Shown: positions 30,295-40,036 of the stretch, piece after piece | How the letters are laid out: each line of letters opens with the position of its first letter | Position numbering within the stretch: the stretch's first letter is position 1 | Source of the DNA: an uncultured Gammaproteobacteria bacterium | Lineage (GTDB): Bacteria; Patescibacteriota; Microgenomatia; Levybacterales; GWA1-39-11 | Assembly (NCBI GenBank): GCA_964651815.1 | Contig: CAZYWG010000005.1 | Location: 27,053-91,052, forward strand | Length of the DNA: 64,000 nt | Direction: 5' to 3' | The notes under the pieces: model-generated | Database searches by the model: none | Told to the model about the DNA's origin: nothing | Seen by the model: the letters and a program-made list of their open reading frames with translations, nothing else | Position numbers and translations under genes: made by a program

Positions 30295-32104
30295 TATTAT
30301 TGAAAAGTTTTTTAAAGTTTTTATCAAGGAACTTTAAATTGGCTAGCGATTCATTTTTAGCAAAATTGTTTTTATAAATTATAATATATTTTACGTTTTG
30401 TGATTTTAGGATATTTAATATTTCTAGTTTATTTTTCCCCGCTAAAATCTCTTCCCTCTGTTTGATTCTTTCATTCGGGTCTCCCCCAGACGTGAATATT
30501 ACGTGTTCTATCCCAAGAAACGTTTTTTTCCCAACTATTGATGCCGGATCATAAATATCTCCATTAGTTATGCTGAGCTCTTCCGGTTTTATATGTTTGT
30601 CCATCCAGCTCCCAATTGCCGTGTATTTGTAATCTTGGATTCGCGCATAAACATCATTTTTCACAACTAGTAAATGAAGTGCACCTGATAAACTAATTAA
30701 AACAATAAAGACTGCAGCCATTATTTTGTTAAACATTGCCCCTTTTATTAACTTGTAAATACCCCAGGCGACAAACATATCAAAGCAGATTATCCACACA
30801 TTAAAAAACTTATGGTTATCAAAAATATCTTTTGCGAATTGAAATGAACAAGCAAGAATGAAAAGAACTGAAAAACAATAAAACATCTTTTTTTGAAAAG
30901 TATTTGAGCTGAAAAAGGATATGACAAAAACAGGAGGCGCGAACCCCAAATTCCATATCCAAAACATAATAAATCTTGTAATCGATAGGTTATCCGCAAC
31001 AAGAAATCCGGGTCTTAGTAAAATCGAATTGCTAGAAGTAAGTCTTATCAATAAAAATTGTGGTCCTGCTACAAAAATCGCACCTAAGATTGTTGGTATA
31101 ATATTTTTCCTAAATTCTTTAAAAAGTATCGCAATGAGCAAGAGCACCAAGATGATACATAAAATTATTGACTCATGCCAAAAAACAAAAAGTCCGATCA
31201 ATATGCCTAAAAAAATCTGATGGCGCCTGAATAACTCAGTTGATTTAGAAATCGATATCAGGATAATAAAAAAACAAAAAGCGAGCGCAAATATAATGTG
31301 TCTTTGATTAAGAAGCACATTGACATTCAAAAAATATCTATCTATTAACACTCCAAAGAAATTAACTGCCGGATAGGAATTGTGATTATAAAGATTTTTA
31401 AGTGAAATACCCATTTTTTGAAATATCTCAATAAATGATAAGTCTCCATTAAAAATAAATAGAAAGATTGTAAGTGCGCCTACAAAACGATTTTTAAAAA
31501 TTTTGTTGGTAAACTCTATGACAGCCGACACAAGAGCTAAAAAGGAAAAAGAACTTATAAGATTAACTGCGTAGTCAATTCTAAGACCCAGATATTCTAG
31601 GATGCCGATATAAAAATCATGTATAAAATGATACATAAGATCCTTACCCCCAAAAAACGGGACTTCAGGAATGTAATTACCTCCGGTGGTTAACAATCTC
31701 GCAAAAGGAATATGTGTTCCAAAATCCCAGTAAATATTTGATTCGATCAAAAATATGTGTTTTGAAACTTCATATGACAATGATCTCTCAAAAACCCCAA
31801 AGGTTAGTAGAAAAAGAATTAAATACAAAACATGTACTTTAACTAGCGTTTGTTTTTTAATTACTTTAAATGCTTTTTTATATGTAAAAATGATATTTAA
31901 AACTGATACGACAAAATAAATTGTGAGAGAAAGAGATAAGTTTTTTGTAATTATTAAAAGTACAACAATTAATGAGATGCTAATAACAGATCCACAAATA
32001 AATGAAGTTGCAATAAATATTTTTTTGAAATTTTGAGGTAAAAAAAATATCGAGGCAACTAAACCATTGTAAATAATGGATAAAAGAAACAAAACCCAGT
32101 ACAT
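30269..32104 (-). CDS. Multi-pass membrane protein, probable GT-C glycosyltransferase
   Basis: YWDFGTH after the N-terminal TM block, YHF, DNHKF, soluble C-terminal domain. Confidence 0.65.
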   Translation of the reverse strand: MYWVLFLLSIIYNGLVASIFFLPQNFKKIFIATSFICGSVISISLIVVLLIITKNLSLSLTIYFVVSVLNIIFTYKKAFKVIKKQTLVKVHVLYLILFLLTFGVFERSLSYEVSKHIFLIESNIYWDFGTHIPFARLLTTGGNYIPEVPFFGGKDLMYHFIHDFYIGILEYLGLRIDYAVNLISSFSFLALVSAVIEFTNKIFKNRFVGALTIFLFIFNGDLSFIEIFQKMGISLKNLYNHNSYPAVNFFGVLIDRYFLNVNVLLNQRHIIFALAFCFFIILISISKSTELFRRHQIFLGILIGLFVFWHESIILCIILVLLLIAILFKEFRKNIIPTILGAIFVAGPQFLLIRLTSSNSILLRPGFLVADNLSITRFIMFWIWNLGFAPPVFVISFFSSNTFQKKMFYCFSVLFILACSFQFAKDIFDNHKFFNVWIICFDMFVAWGIYKLIKGAMFNKIMAAVFIVLISLSGALHLLVVKNDVYARIQDYKYTAIGSWMDKHIKPEELSITNGDIYDPASIVGKKTFLGIEHVIFTSGGDPNERIKQREEILAGKNKLEILNILKSQNVKYIIIYKNNFAKNESLANLKFLDKNFKKLFNNNEGVIYKV

Positions 32105-33216
32105 TATAAAGTCAACTTCCTATTTTTAATCGTGTTGAAAATAATAAATAAAATCAATGGTATAAATGTTAAAAAATTTCGAATTACAGGAGTTGGCATT
32201 AAATATGTTCCTAAAAGCATATATGGAATGTATCGTAAAAGAAGCCCAAAAGTAAAAATTATTACATAAAGCCTGATAGTTTTATTTTGTACTAACGAGA
32301 CAAAAGGAATAATCCAAATTGCATACCATGTATAAAGTTCTTCCCTAATTGGCGATAGAATAAACACAAAAAACATCAGTAAAAAAGAATAAAAATAAAT
32401 AGTATTCCAGTTAACATCCTTTTTACTATTTTTTTTCCAAAAATAATATACATACACGGGAATTAAAAAAAGTGTCGCGTATTTTATCAATATAGAAGCC
32501 AGCAAAAACAATAAGGCAAACCCCGTTTTTTTACTTTTTAGTAAGTGGAGAGATAAAAGTGCAAAAAATATCATAACAACATCGTTGTGTCCATTAATGA
32601 ACGTTTCGATTAAAACCAATGGGCTTGTGGCAAAATATAATACAGAATACATACTTTTAGTGATCTTCCAAATTAAAAAAACAACTCCAAAAAAGAAAGA
32701 TGAAACCAAAATTTTAAATAGAACAATCGATAATAAGTAGTTCCCAAAAGATAAGTAGAACGGAATTGAAGTTAAAAAAATCCAAACTGGACCATATAAA
32801 GCAATTTTATTTGCAGCGCGAGTGAATAACAACATTGGGTCCCCAATAAATTCCACAGGCATTACAATGTATGGGTTTTCAAAATAATGAAACGCAACTT
32901 TCGCCGTGGCAATATAGTTAAATATGTCAAATGATAACGCGGCAGGATAAGCAAAAATCCCAAATAAAGGTAAAATTAAGTACTTTTTTATTCCGTCAAA
33001 TTTTACAGTATTTGAATAATTAAGAATTAAAATATAACAACAAAAGAATGCAGAAACGAATAGGAAAAAAATGACGGTTGTGAGTAAGCGATTTGTATAG
33101 GCAAAATCCGAAAAAATACTTTTTAAATAAATGACATTTGTATCAACAAATAGATAGCTAAATGCAGAAAATAGAATAAACAATAATGAATAAAGAAAAA
33201 CTATTTTTTTAATCAT
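32104..33216 (-). CDS. GT-C glycosyltransferase, MptA/MptB/GT87-like
   Basis: LSFDIFNY, ENPY, YGPVW, NGHNDV, IKY, WY motifs typical of polyprenol-P-mannose-dependent mannosyltransferase-like proteins. Confidence 0.7.
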   Translation of the reverse strand: MIKKIVFLYSLLFILFSAFSYLFVDTNVIYLKSIFSDFAYTNRLLTTVIFFLFVSAFFCCYILILNYSNTVKFDGIKKYLILPLFGIFAYPAALSFDIFNYIATAKVAFHYFENPYIVMPVEFIGDPMLLFTRAANKIALYGPVWIFLTSIPFYLSFGNYLLSIVLFKILVSSFFFGVVFLIWKITKSMYSVLYFATSPLVLIETFINGHNDVVMIFFALLSLHLLKSKKTGFALLFLLASILIKYATLFLIPVYVYYFWKKNSKKDVNWNTIYFYSFLLMFFVFILSPIREELYTWYAIWIIPFVSLVQNKTIRLYVIIFTFGLLLRYIPYMLLGTYLMPTPVIRNFLTFIPLILFIIFNTIKNRKLTL

Positions 33217-33228
33217 ATAGTTGCTTGA

Positions 33229-33759
33229 TTAATTAACAATTTCTTGACGAATTTTTATGGAGTTCAAGATTTCACCCGACAGATTTAGTTTTGTCCCTTC
33301 GGATTTTTCAGACTGCCAATAAAAATTGATTGGCGTAGAATTTTTAATTTTATTTAACTCCTCGATATGTTTTTCTGCAGCCTCCTTCAATATCTCTTCT
33401 TTATCCTTTACGTTCTTTCCGTCATGTAAAGCAGAGTCTAAATTTGGCTTTATTTTTTTAAAATATCCGTCCGATTTACGCAGCGCTTTTACTGCGAGTA
33501 GGTATTGTTTATAATCAAACAAAACTTTTGCTTCAACAAGATACTTGTCCGACTCTTTAAAGTCATAATTAAATTGTCCAAAGTCACCAAAATACCAATA
33601 TTTCATGAGTGTCTCTTTAACTAAATCAAGTTTATAGAAAATGCTACCCGGCATTGAGGATGGATATGGAAGAACGTAAGAAGATTCTGCAAAAACCGGT
33701 TGGCAAATAATGTACAGGATAAATAAAAGAAAAAGGGTAAAAAAAAATCGAGTTCTCAT
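33229..33759 (-). CDS. Exported helical protein, DUF5667-like
   Basis: Signal peptide ending VFA, YVLPYPSSMPGSIFYKL motif then helices; start re-called at the ATGA overlap. Confidence 0.65.
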   Translation of the reverse strand: MRTRFFFTLFLLFILYIICQPVFAESSYVLPYPSSMPGSIFYKLDLVKETLMKYWYFGDFGQFNYDFKESDKYLVEAKVLFDYKQYLLAVKALRKSDGYFKKIKPNLDSALHDGKNVKDKEEILKEAAEKHIEELNKIKNSTPINFYWQSEKSEGTKLNLSGEILNSIKIRQEIVN

Positions 33760-34754
33760 TTTGAATTCTGAACTTTCAATTCTGAATTCTGGGAGTGCCA
33801 CTTCCATGCGCTTTGAATTATAGTTTCGAGGTCTGAATATTTTGGAATGAAGTTGAGCTCTTTTTTTATTTTTGATGGATCTGCGACCAACTGACCAGGA
33901 TCTCCACTACGTCTCGCTTTTTCTAAAATGTTTATTTTTTTACCACTTACTTTTTCAATTGCCGAGATAACTTGCCTATTTGAATAACTGAGACCCGTAC
34001 CAACATTATAAAAATAGCTCCCTGCAGCTTTACCAAGCATTTCTAAGGCCAGAATATGCGCTTCCACAAGATCAAGAACATGGATGTAGTCCCTAACACA
34101 CGTTCCATCGGGTGTATCGTAATCCGATCCAAACAAATTAAAATTAGAATTCGCTATTACCGCTTTAATAGCTAGCGGGATAATATGGGTCTCAGGAATA
34201 TGATTTTCCCCAAGACTCCCATCAAGCGCACCTCCGCACGCATTAAAATATCTAAGACAAGCAAATGCTATATGTGGGTTTTCCCTTTGTAAGTTTGCGA
34301 GAATTTTTTCTACTTTAAGCTTGCTCTCTCCGTATGGGCTGGTTGGGTTTTTAGGATGATCTTCAGGAATAGGTATTTTTATTGGATTGCCGTAAACTGC
34401 AGCGGTTGATGAAAAAATAAATTTTTCAACTCCTGCGGCAATCGCTGCTTTAAAAAGATTTTCAGAACCTACAACGTTATTTTGTTCATAAAGCTCGGGG
34501 ATCTTTGTTGACTCCTCAACTGAAATATATCCCGCAAAATGTAGGATTGATTCAAACTCATTGTGCTTAAATAAATCTTCGACACTATTCTTGTCTTTAA
34601 TATCAATTTGCTCAAATTTAGCGCTTTTGTCAAGGGCTTCTTTATATCCTCTTTCAAGGCTATCTAAAATAGTGATGTCATCCCCACGTTCAAGAAGCGC
34701 GCGCGCCATAAAACTCCCTATATAACCTGCTCCACCCGTAACTAGAATTTTCAC
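33756..34754 (-). CDS. galE: UDP-glucose 4-epimerase
   Basis: TGGAGYIGS, HFAG, SSTAAVYG, YGESK, LRYFN, PETHIIP, DGTCVRDYIHV; GTG start in a GTGA overlap. Confidence 0.93.
   Translation of the reverse strand: MKILVTGGAGYIGSFMARALLERGDDITILDSLERGYKEALDKSAKFEQIDIKDKNSVEDLFKHNEFESILHFAGYISVEESTKIPELYEQNNVVGSENLFKAAIAAGVEKFIFSSTAAVYGNPIKIPIPEDHPKNPTSPYGESKLKVEKILANLQRENPHIAFACLRYFNACGGALDGSLGENHIPETHIIPLAIKAVIANSNFNLFGSDYDTPDGTCVRDYIHVLDLVEAHILALEMLGKAAGSYFYNVGTGLSYSNRQVISAIEKVSGKKINILEKARRSGDPGQLVADPSKIKKELNFIPKYSDLETIIQSAWKWHSQNSELKVQNSK
33762..33789. repeat. Four 7-bp tandem repeats at the galE 3' end
   Basis: TGAATTC TGAACTT TCAATTC TGAATTC; encodes QNSELKVQNSK. Confidence 0.8.
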
Positions 34755-35533
34755 TTCTTTTCTCCTTTCAAATATTTTATATAAGAAACAGGAAATCTCA
34801 AGGCAGAAAATAATGAAAATGTAAACCCTTGCCAAGAATCATAAAACCCCTTATGCCTCCCATAAGTTATTACAAACCATTGCGATGGCTTAAAGACCAA
34901 ATAACCCAATCCGTAGATTGTTTTTTTTAGGGAATTTTTGTCTTTCATGTCGTCTTTTATTTGTCCCGCAATTAAATCATTGTATCTGTTCCATTTTGCC
35001 AGATAAAACCCAAAGTTTTTATAAGGGTAATGTAACAAAGCATTTTTTAAATATCCCACTTTTCCTTCGACCTGCGCCTGTTCATGAACGTCATGCTGTG
35101 GAAGTTTTCCTTTTCCTCGTCTATAAAGCCTCAAAGTATAGTCTGGATATTGTCCACCTTTCATAAGAAACCGCCCAAGAAAAAAATTCTTCCTGGGAAT
35201 CCAAAACCCATTGTATTCAGAGCTTTCATTAATTTTTTCCTCAATCTCTTTTGCTAGTTCAGGAGGAACTACTTCATCCGCATCCATTTGCAAAACCCAT
35301 TCACTTTTTGCCATATCTATCGCCATTTGTTTGTTAATGTGAAAGTTTGGTTTATTTGTAGTAATTTTAACTTGGGCCTCGAATTGCATAGCAATTTCAA
35401 CGGTTTTATCTATTGAGGTGCCATCAACAATCACAATCTCGTCCGCAATATCTCTAACGGATTCAAGGCATCTTGCTAAATTTTCTTCTTCATTAAATGT
35501 GGCAAGAACAACTGATAGGATTTGTTTTTTCAT
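34751..35533 (-). CDS. GT2, WaaE/KdtX-like beta-glycosyltransferase
   Basis: TFNEEENL, MDADE, YPDYTLRL, VHE. Confidence 0.88.
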   Translation of the reverse strand: MKKQILSVVLATFNEEENLARCLESVRDIADEIVIVDGTSIDKTVEIAMQFEAQVKITTNKPNFHINKQMAIDMAKSEWVLQMDADEVVPPELAKEIEEKINESSEYNGFWIPRKNFFLGRFLMKGGQYPDYTLRLYRRGKGKLPQHDVHEQAQVEGKVGYLKNALLHYPYKNFGFYLAKWNRYNDLIAGQIKDDMKDKNSLKKTIYGLGYLVFKPSQWFVITYGRHKGFYDSWQGFTFSLFSALRFPVSYIKYLKGEKK

Positions 35534-35539
35534 GGAATA

Positions 35540-35568
35540 ATAATACCGTTTCTTGACTAATTAGTAAA
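35540..35568 (-). promoter_or_regulatory. Candidate promoter, probable leaderless transcript
   Basis: TTTACT-N17-TATTAT-N6-ATG(35533). Confidence 0.45.
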
Positions 35569-36844
35569 CATCTTTACCCTTTTGACGCATGAAATAATAG
35601 TAAATATACGACTCGGGAACTCCAACTTGGAAGTCTATCTTTTGGTTAAAAGTGGCAGCATTTCTAGGTCTTGATTCTCTTTTATATAAACCTTCATCAG
35701 TATACGGTAAAAAATTTATAAAATTGAAAATACAATAGTATGAAAGTAAAATCGCTATTACTATCTTGGGTACTAAATTTTTGATTGACCAAACCGAATA
35801 AATAAGGTAAGCAATAATTAACAGAGCGATAAAACGGCTATTAGAAAAGTAGTAGTCACTCATTTCGCCAGAATATATTGTAAAAATTACCCATGGAACT
35901 AGAAAATAAAGCAGAATTAAGTACAAAAATTTAAACTTGGCAGGTTCTACAGTTTTTTTGAAGTAAACAATAATGAAGATGATTGGAAAAATTATTTTGA
36001 TTTTCTTGATCCAGTCAAATATTACATACGGGTCAAATTGGACAACCGAATCGCCAATTATTTGGATCATTCGTTTTAAATGAAACCCATGGGAGTAAGT
36101 ATTTAGATATATGATATTTGATCCGGAAGTTTTATTAGATAATGTGTAGGCAATGTTTGGTATAAGCCATATTAGAAAAAGAGGAATAGATATTAAACAA
36201 TATTTGATAGTTTCCAGTCTTCTTGGGAAAAAAGGTAAACAAAAAAAAATTATTATCGGGAAAAAAATTGCAGTAAAGTGAATATTGAACATAAAACCTA
36301 CTGCAATAGCAAGAAACATTATCTTCTTTACATCACCCATCATAACTCTGTAAATCAAGTAAAAAATTATGAGCGATATTGCTGGAATAAAGTCTACAGG
36401 CCACTGTATTCTATCGAAAATTATGGCAGGAAGAGCGAAAGTATTTATCAAAACAGCAATTAACGCTATTTCTTTGTTAAATAGTTTTTTTGAAAAAAAG
36501 TACAAAGTCCAAAAAGTAAATATACTTGTCAAGCCCGCAAATATCTCAGACGCCACAGGATTTAAATTTGTAAGTGCGTAGAATACGGAAATTAAGTAGT
36601 AATAAGCGGGTCCAATATATATTCCGCTATTGGTTTTTGCCACCATTCCTACCAAAGGAAACCTATGATTAACTAAAATGTTTTTCGCTGCCCAGGCATT
36701 ATCAACCTGATCATACCCAAACGGATTTTTTAAATCCATTTGATAAAACCTCAAGAAAAGCTCAAAAGCAAAGATTAAAAGAAGTGTTAGTAAAAACTTA
36801 TTTTTAAGAACCCACTTATTGTACTTCTTGAACTTTTTTCCCAT
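35561..36844 (-). CDS. GT-C glycosyltransferase (PMT/ArnT-like)
   Basis: LRF..FGYDQ, PLVG, IYIGPAYYYL, multi-TM. Confidence 0.8.
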   Translation of the reverse strand: MGKKFKKYNKWVLKNKFLLTLLLIFAFELFLRFYQMDLKNPFGYDQVDNAWAAKNILVNHRFPLVGMVAKTNSGIYIGPAYYYLISVFYALTNLNPVASEIFAGLTSIFTFWTLYFFSKKLFNKEIALIAVLINTFALPAIIFDRIQWPVDFIPAISLIIFYLIYRVMMGDVKKIMFLAIAVGFMFNIHFTAIFFPIIIFFCLPFFPRRLETIKYCLISIPLFLIWLIPNIAYTLSNKTSGSNIIYLNTYSHGFHLKRMIQIIGDSVVQFDPYVIFDWIKKIKIIFPIIFIIVYFKKTVEPAKFKFLYLILLYFLVPWVIFTIYSGEMSDYYFSNSRFIALLIIAYLIYSVWSIKNLVPKIVIAILLSYYCIFNFINFLPYTDEGLYKRESRPRNAATFNQKIDFQVGVPESYIYYYFMRQKGKDVY

Positions 36845-38343
36845 TAGTGGATTCTGGTTTGAACTATTATTCCGCTTGGAAATTTGCGTGTATTTACTAT
36901 TTTTCCGTCATTTGCACGGATTTTCAACCAATCCGTCACGCGCATGGGATATTGATTGTCCGGCTCTATAATAAAATATGCTAGATTTGCTTGTGATACA
37001 GGTTTGTAGTGATATTTGCGCGGACCATACCAATCAAATAAATACTTGTATGTAAAGTCATGCACAGGCGGGGTATAAACAACATATTTAAATTTTTTAT
37101 TTGAAGCCTCTTTGTAAATATAATCGATTACAGCTACTTGATTCCTATATACTGACGCGTCGCCAATAAAAACAGGCCTTGTCAAGCTTGTTACAAATGC
37201 TTCAGGATTAAAATTCAGAAAGAAAAGTATTACCAAAAAAATATATGGGAAAAAATATCTACCTACTTTTTTGGGAGGTATCAAATTCAAACTTATTGAA
37301 ACAATTAGTACATATATTATTGGTAGTCCAACTAAATAGTGCGGCCAAATCTCATGGCTGAAAAATACTGTTCCTATTAAAAAAGTGATGATGATGACCC
37401 CACAAAAGAGGATAATGTTTTTGACCAGCTTTGTGGCTTTTCTATAAAAATATATGATGACGCTTATTGATAATATTAAAAAAATTACACCAAGAAATTT
37501 ATACCCTGCGGAAACTGAAGACGAAAATTGATCGATAAAAATATTTATGCGATTTAATAAAATTTCTACGTAATTTGAGCTATGTGCTTCACCGTGAGAT
37601 AAAAAGTTGATCAACGCTTTAGTCATTAAAAAGTTGTGCCTTAATTCAAAAAAAATCCGAGGAGAGAAAATAATTAACGTTCCAACAATAAATGACATAA
37701 TCGATTTTAGCGGAATGCTTATTTTTTTAATTACCAAAATAGAAATTATAGTGCCGGTCATAAAAAGAGTACCAAATACAATTTCTATATCTATACATAA
37801 CGCCAGTAGGATACCTAAAAAAAGATAATTCCAATTTCTTTCCTTCCTATCCGTTGATACATTTGTTATTATCCAAATAATTAAGAGGACGAAAAAGGGC
37901 GCAATGTTTGGATTCCAAATTTGTGCCGATAAAGAAATCAAAGCTGGCGACACACTTACCAAGGCGGCAAATGATAATCCTAATGATTCTCCATTTATTT
38001 TTTTGCCAACCAGATAAGCCAAAACAATTGAAGCGATTCCAATGCTTGCCATAACAAAGGCTATTCCCTGCGGATTACCCCCAAAAATAACAAAGAACGG
38101 GAAAAGCAGAATATACCACCAAGGACCATAAAATATTCCCGGCAGCCCTGTTGTAGCCCCAATTAATGGTATCTTGTGTGTGAGTAGAATACTCCTTAGT
38201 GCGAGCATGTCACGGCCCACATCATAAGTGAACGCAAAAGAATTAGTAAAAACTCCAAAAAACCTAAGGTAAATACCAATTAGAATAATTCCGTAAAGAA
38301 TTGAAAGATTTCTTTTGAATAAATTCGAGAATTTAAATCCCAT
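36844..38343 (-). CDS. GT-C glycosyltransferase (PMT/ArnT-like)
   Basis: FTYDVGRD, PLIG, FYGPWWY, WNPN, multi-TM. Confidence 0.8.
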   Translation of the reverse strand: MGFKFSNLFKRNLSILYGIILIGIYLRFFGVFTNSFAFTYDVGRDMLALRSILLTHKIPLIGATTGLPGIFYGPWWYILLFPFFVIFGGNPQGIAFVMASIGIASIVLAYLVGKKINGESLGLSFAALVSVSPALISLSAQIWNPNIAPFFVLLIIWIITNVSTDRKERNWNYLFLGILLALCIDIEIVFGTLFMTGTIISILVIKKISIPLKSIMSFIVGTLIIFSPRIFFELRHNFLMTKALINFLSHGEAHSSNYVEILLNRINIFIDQFSSSVSAGYKFLGVIFLILSISVIIYFYRKATKLVKNIILFCGVIIITFLIGTVFFSHEIWPHYLVGLPIIYVLIVSISLNLIPPKKVGRYFFPYIFLVILFFLNFNPEAFVTSLTRPVFIGDASVYRNQVAVIDYIYKEASNKKFKYVVYTPPVHDFTYKYLFDWYGPRKYHYKPVSQANLAYFIIEPDNQYPMRVTDWLKIRANDGKIVNTRKFPSGIIVQTRIH

Positions 38344-38344
38344 T

Positions 38345-40036
38345 TTAAGTGCCAGCTATCTTTATAGCCGGCTTTCCGTCAAGATTACGAATCTCTTGAA
38401 TTAACCCTACACCTTCCGGTATTTCATCCTTTGTACTTATATATAATACGCCTTTCCTCTGTGAATCTTGACTCCAATCAATAGAACGAAATGTATATTT
38501 TCCAAAAGAATGATGCGAGACAAAGCTTCCAGAACTATTTTCACCAATCTTTTGGTATTCTGCAGGCGGATACTTTAAATAAAACAAGAAAAACATGTAT
38601 GACTTATCCATAGGCTGGTGATCGGAAACAACAATTTCACTATATTTGTTACCTATCTTATTAACAACATCAACTGCTTTCTCATATCCATATTGCCAAT
38701 CTTCAGAACTATAATAATTTTGCTGGACAAAATATTGGTCCAGGTAATAGGAAAAATTGAATATAAAAAGTAATATACAAAAGGCGGAAATTATGTATTT
38801 TACTTTAACAAAAGAGATTTTATATTTGAGATCTAATAACCAAAAAAAGACTGCAACCAACCCTATACCGGAAAGTATTTGATATGTAGGAAGAAAATTT
38901 AATGTTCGCACGGCATGTGGAACACCGGTTGTAATTGAGGCTGGGATTGCTGCTGCCAAAAACCAAAGGAAAACTAATTTCTTACTGTTCTTGTCAAAAT
39001 CTCCAAAAAACAACATGTATATTCCTATCAAAATTAAAGGTAGCTCAAAAAGATAAATCATACCCATACCGGGCGCGTGGTGTCTTGAAATGTCTCCGGT
39101 CATAAATAGCCAATTGAGATCAAAATGGGAAAGGTAGCCTGAAATAATTGTAATTCCATAAATCAACCTCCTGTTATCAAATAAGAGTCCCAGGCGGTCG
39201 CTATTCAATTTGTCTAGATTCAGTCTTTGGCTACTATTTTTCAATACTTCCGTTTGATAAGAAAATATGCTGGTCCCTGATACCCTAAGAAGAGCAGCCC
39301 TATTATTAAGTATGTAAAAAATCATGGGCGAAACAATTATAATTCCAACAACTATTGACGTGATTAAATATTTCCTAGGAATTGAGATTAGCTTTCTAAA
39401 ATAAACGGCGACTAATATCAAAACAAGTAAGGGTGTGAACACTTTTTCACTTTGATAAACATATATACATAAACCCGCAAAAAAAGCAGAAAGAGATAAC
39501 ATCCAGGGTTTCTTTAATCCCTTAACAAAAAAAAGTGCAGTTAGAATATTTAACGCAACTCCCACATTAGACTCAAAAGCAACTCTAGAAAATTGAAGAG
39601 ACCACGGAGAAATTGCAAAAAGAGAACTCGCTGCGAGCGCAAAAAAATCTTTTTTAGGATTATGTTCAAATAATTCTCTTACCAGATAGAACACCGCGAT
39701 AACTGATATAACTCCAAATATTGCTGACGGCAGTCTAACGGCCGCAACATTTAAACCAAACATTAAAACAGTCGGAACAGCAAGATATGCATAAAGTGCA
39801 GGCTTATAATCATCAAATGAGCGGAGTACAACTGGTAAAAATTTCCCGAATTCATCTCGCCCTGTGTGAATTATTGAGTAAGCGTCATAACCGAGAGCTA
39901 CCTCATCCCAATCAGGGGAAGGTGGGACATGACCCAATTGCCACAAACGCAAAATTGTTGCCAAAACAACTATTGCAAACAGCACGATATAAACGGCACT
40001 TCTTATTCTTAATTCATGCTTCATGATTCTAATCAT
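38345..40036 (-). CDS. GT-C glycosyltransferase (PMT/ArnT-like)
   Basis: WDEVALGYDAYS, GRDEFG, DYKP, RLPSA, ISPW..FSR..FE, WQYGY. Confidence 0.85.
   Translation of the reverse strand: MIRIMKHELRIRSAVYIVLFAIVVLATILRLWQLGHVPPSPDWDEVALGYDAYSIIHTGRDEFGKFLPVVLRSFDDYKPALYAYLAVPTVLMFGLNVAAVRLPSAIFGVISVIAVFYLVRELFEHNPKKDFFALAASSLFAISPWSLQFSRVAFESNVGVALNILTALFFVKGLKKPWMLSLSAFFAGLCIYVYQSEKVFTPLLVLILVAVYFRKLISIPRKYLITSIVVGIIIVSPMIFYILNNRAALLRVSGTSIFSYQTEVLKNSSQRLNLDKLNSDRLGLLFDNRRLIYGITIISGYLSHFDLNWLFMTGDISRHHAPGMGMIYLFELPLILIGIYMLFFGDFDKNSKKLVFLWFLAAAIPASITTGVPHAVRTLNFLPTYQILSGIGLVAVFFWLLDLKYKISFVKVKYIISAFCILLFIFNFSYYLDQYFVQQNYYSSEDWQYGYEKAVDVVNKIGNKYSEIVVSDHQPMDKSYMFFLFYLKYPPAEYQKIGENSSGSFVSHHSFGKYTFRSIDWSQDSQRKGVLYISTKDEIPEGVGLIQEIRNLDGKPAIKIAGT
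40001..40033. repeat. Degenerate 7-bp repeats at a gene 5' end
   Basis: TCTTAT TCTTAAT TCATGCT TCATGAT TCTAAT; encodes IRIMKHELRIR. Confidence 0.6.

Noticed and set aside
10626-34835. Longest-ORF starts at 10679, 15076, 15939, 17519, 30327, 33807, 34835
   Set aside because: They create long overlaps; downstream ATG/GTG codons coincide with family N-termini and mostly with stop/start overlaps
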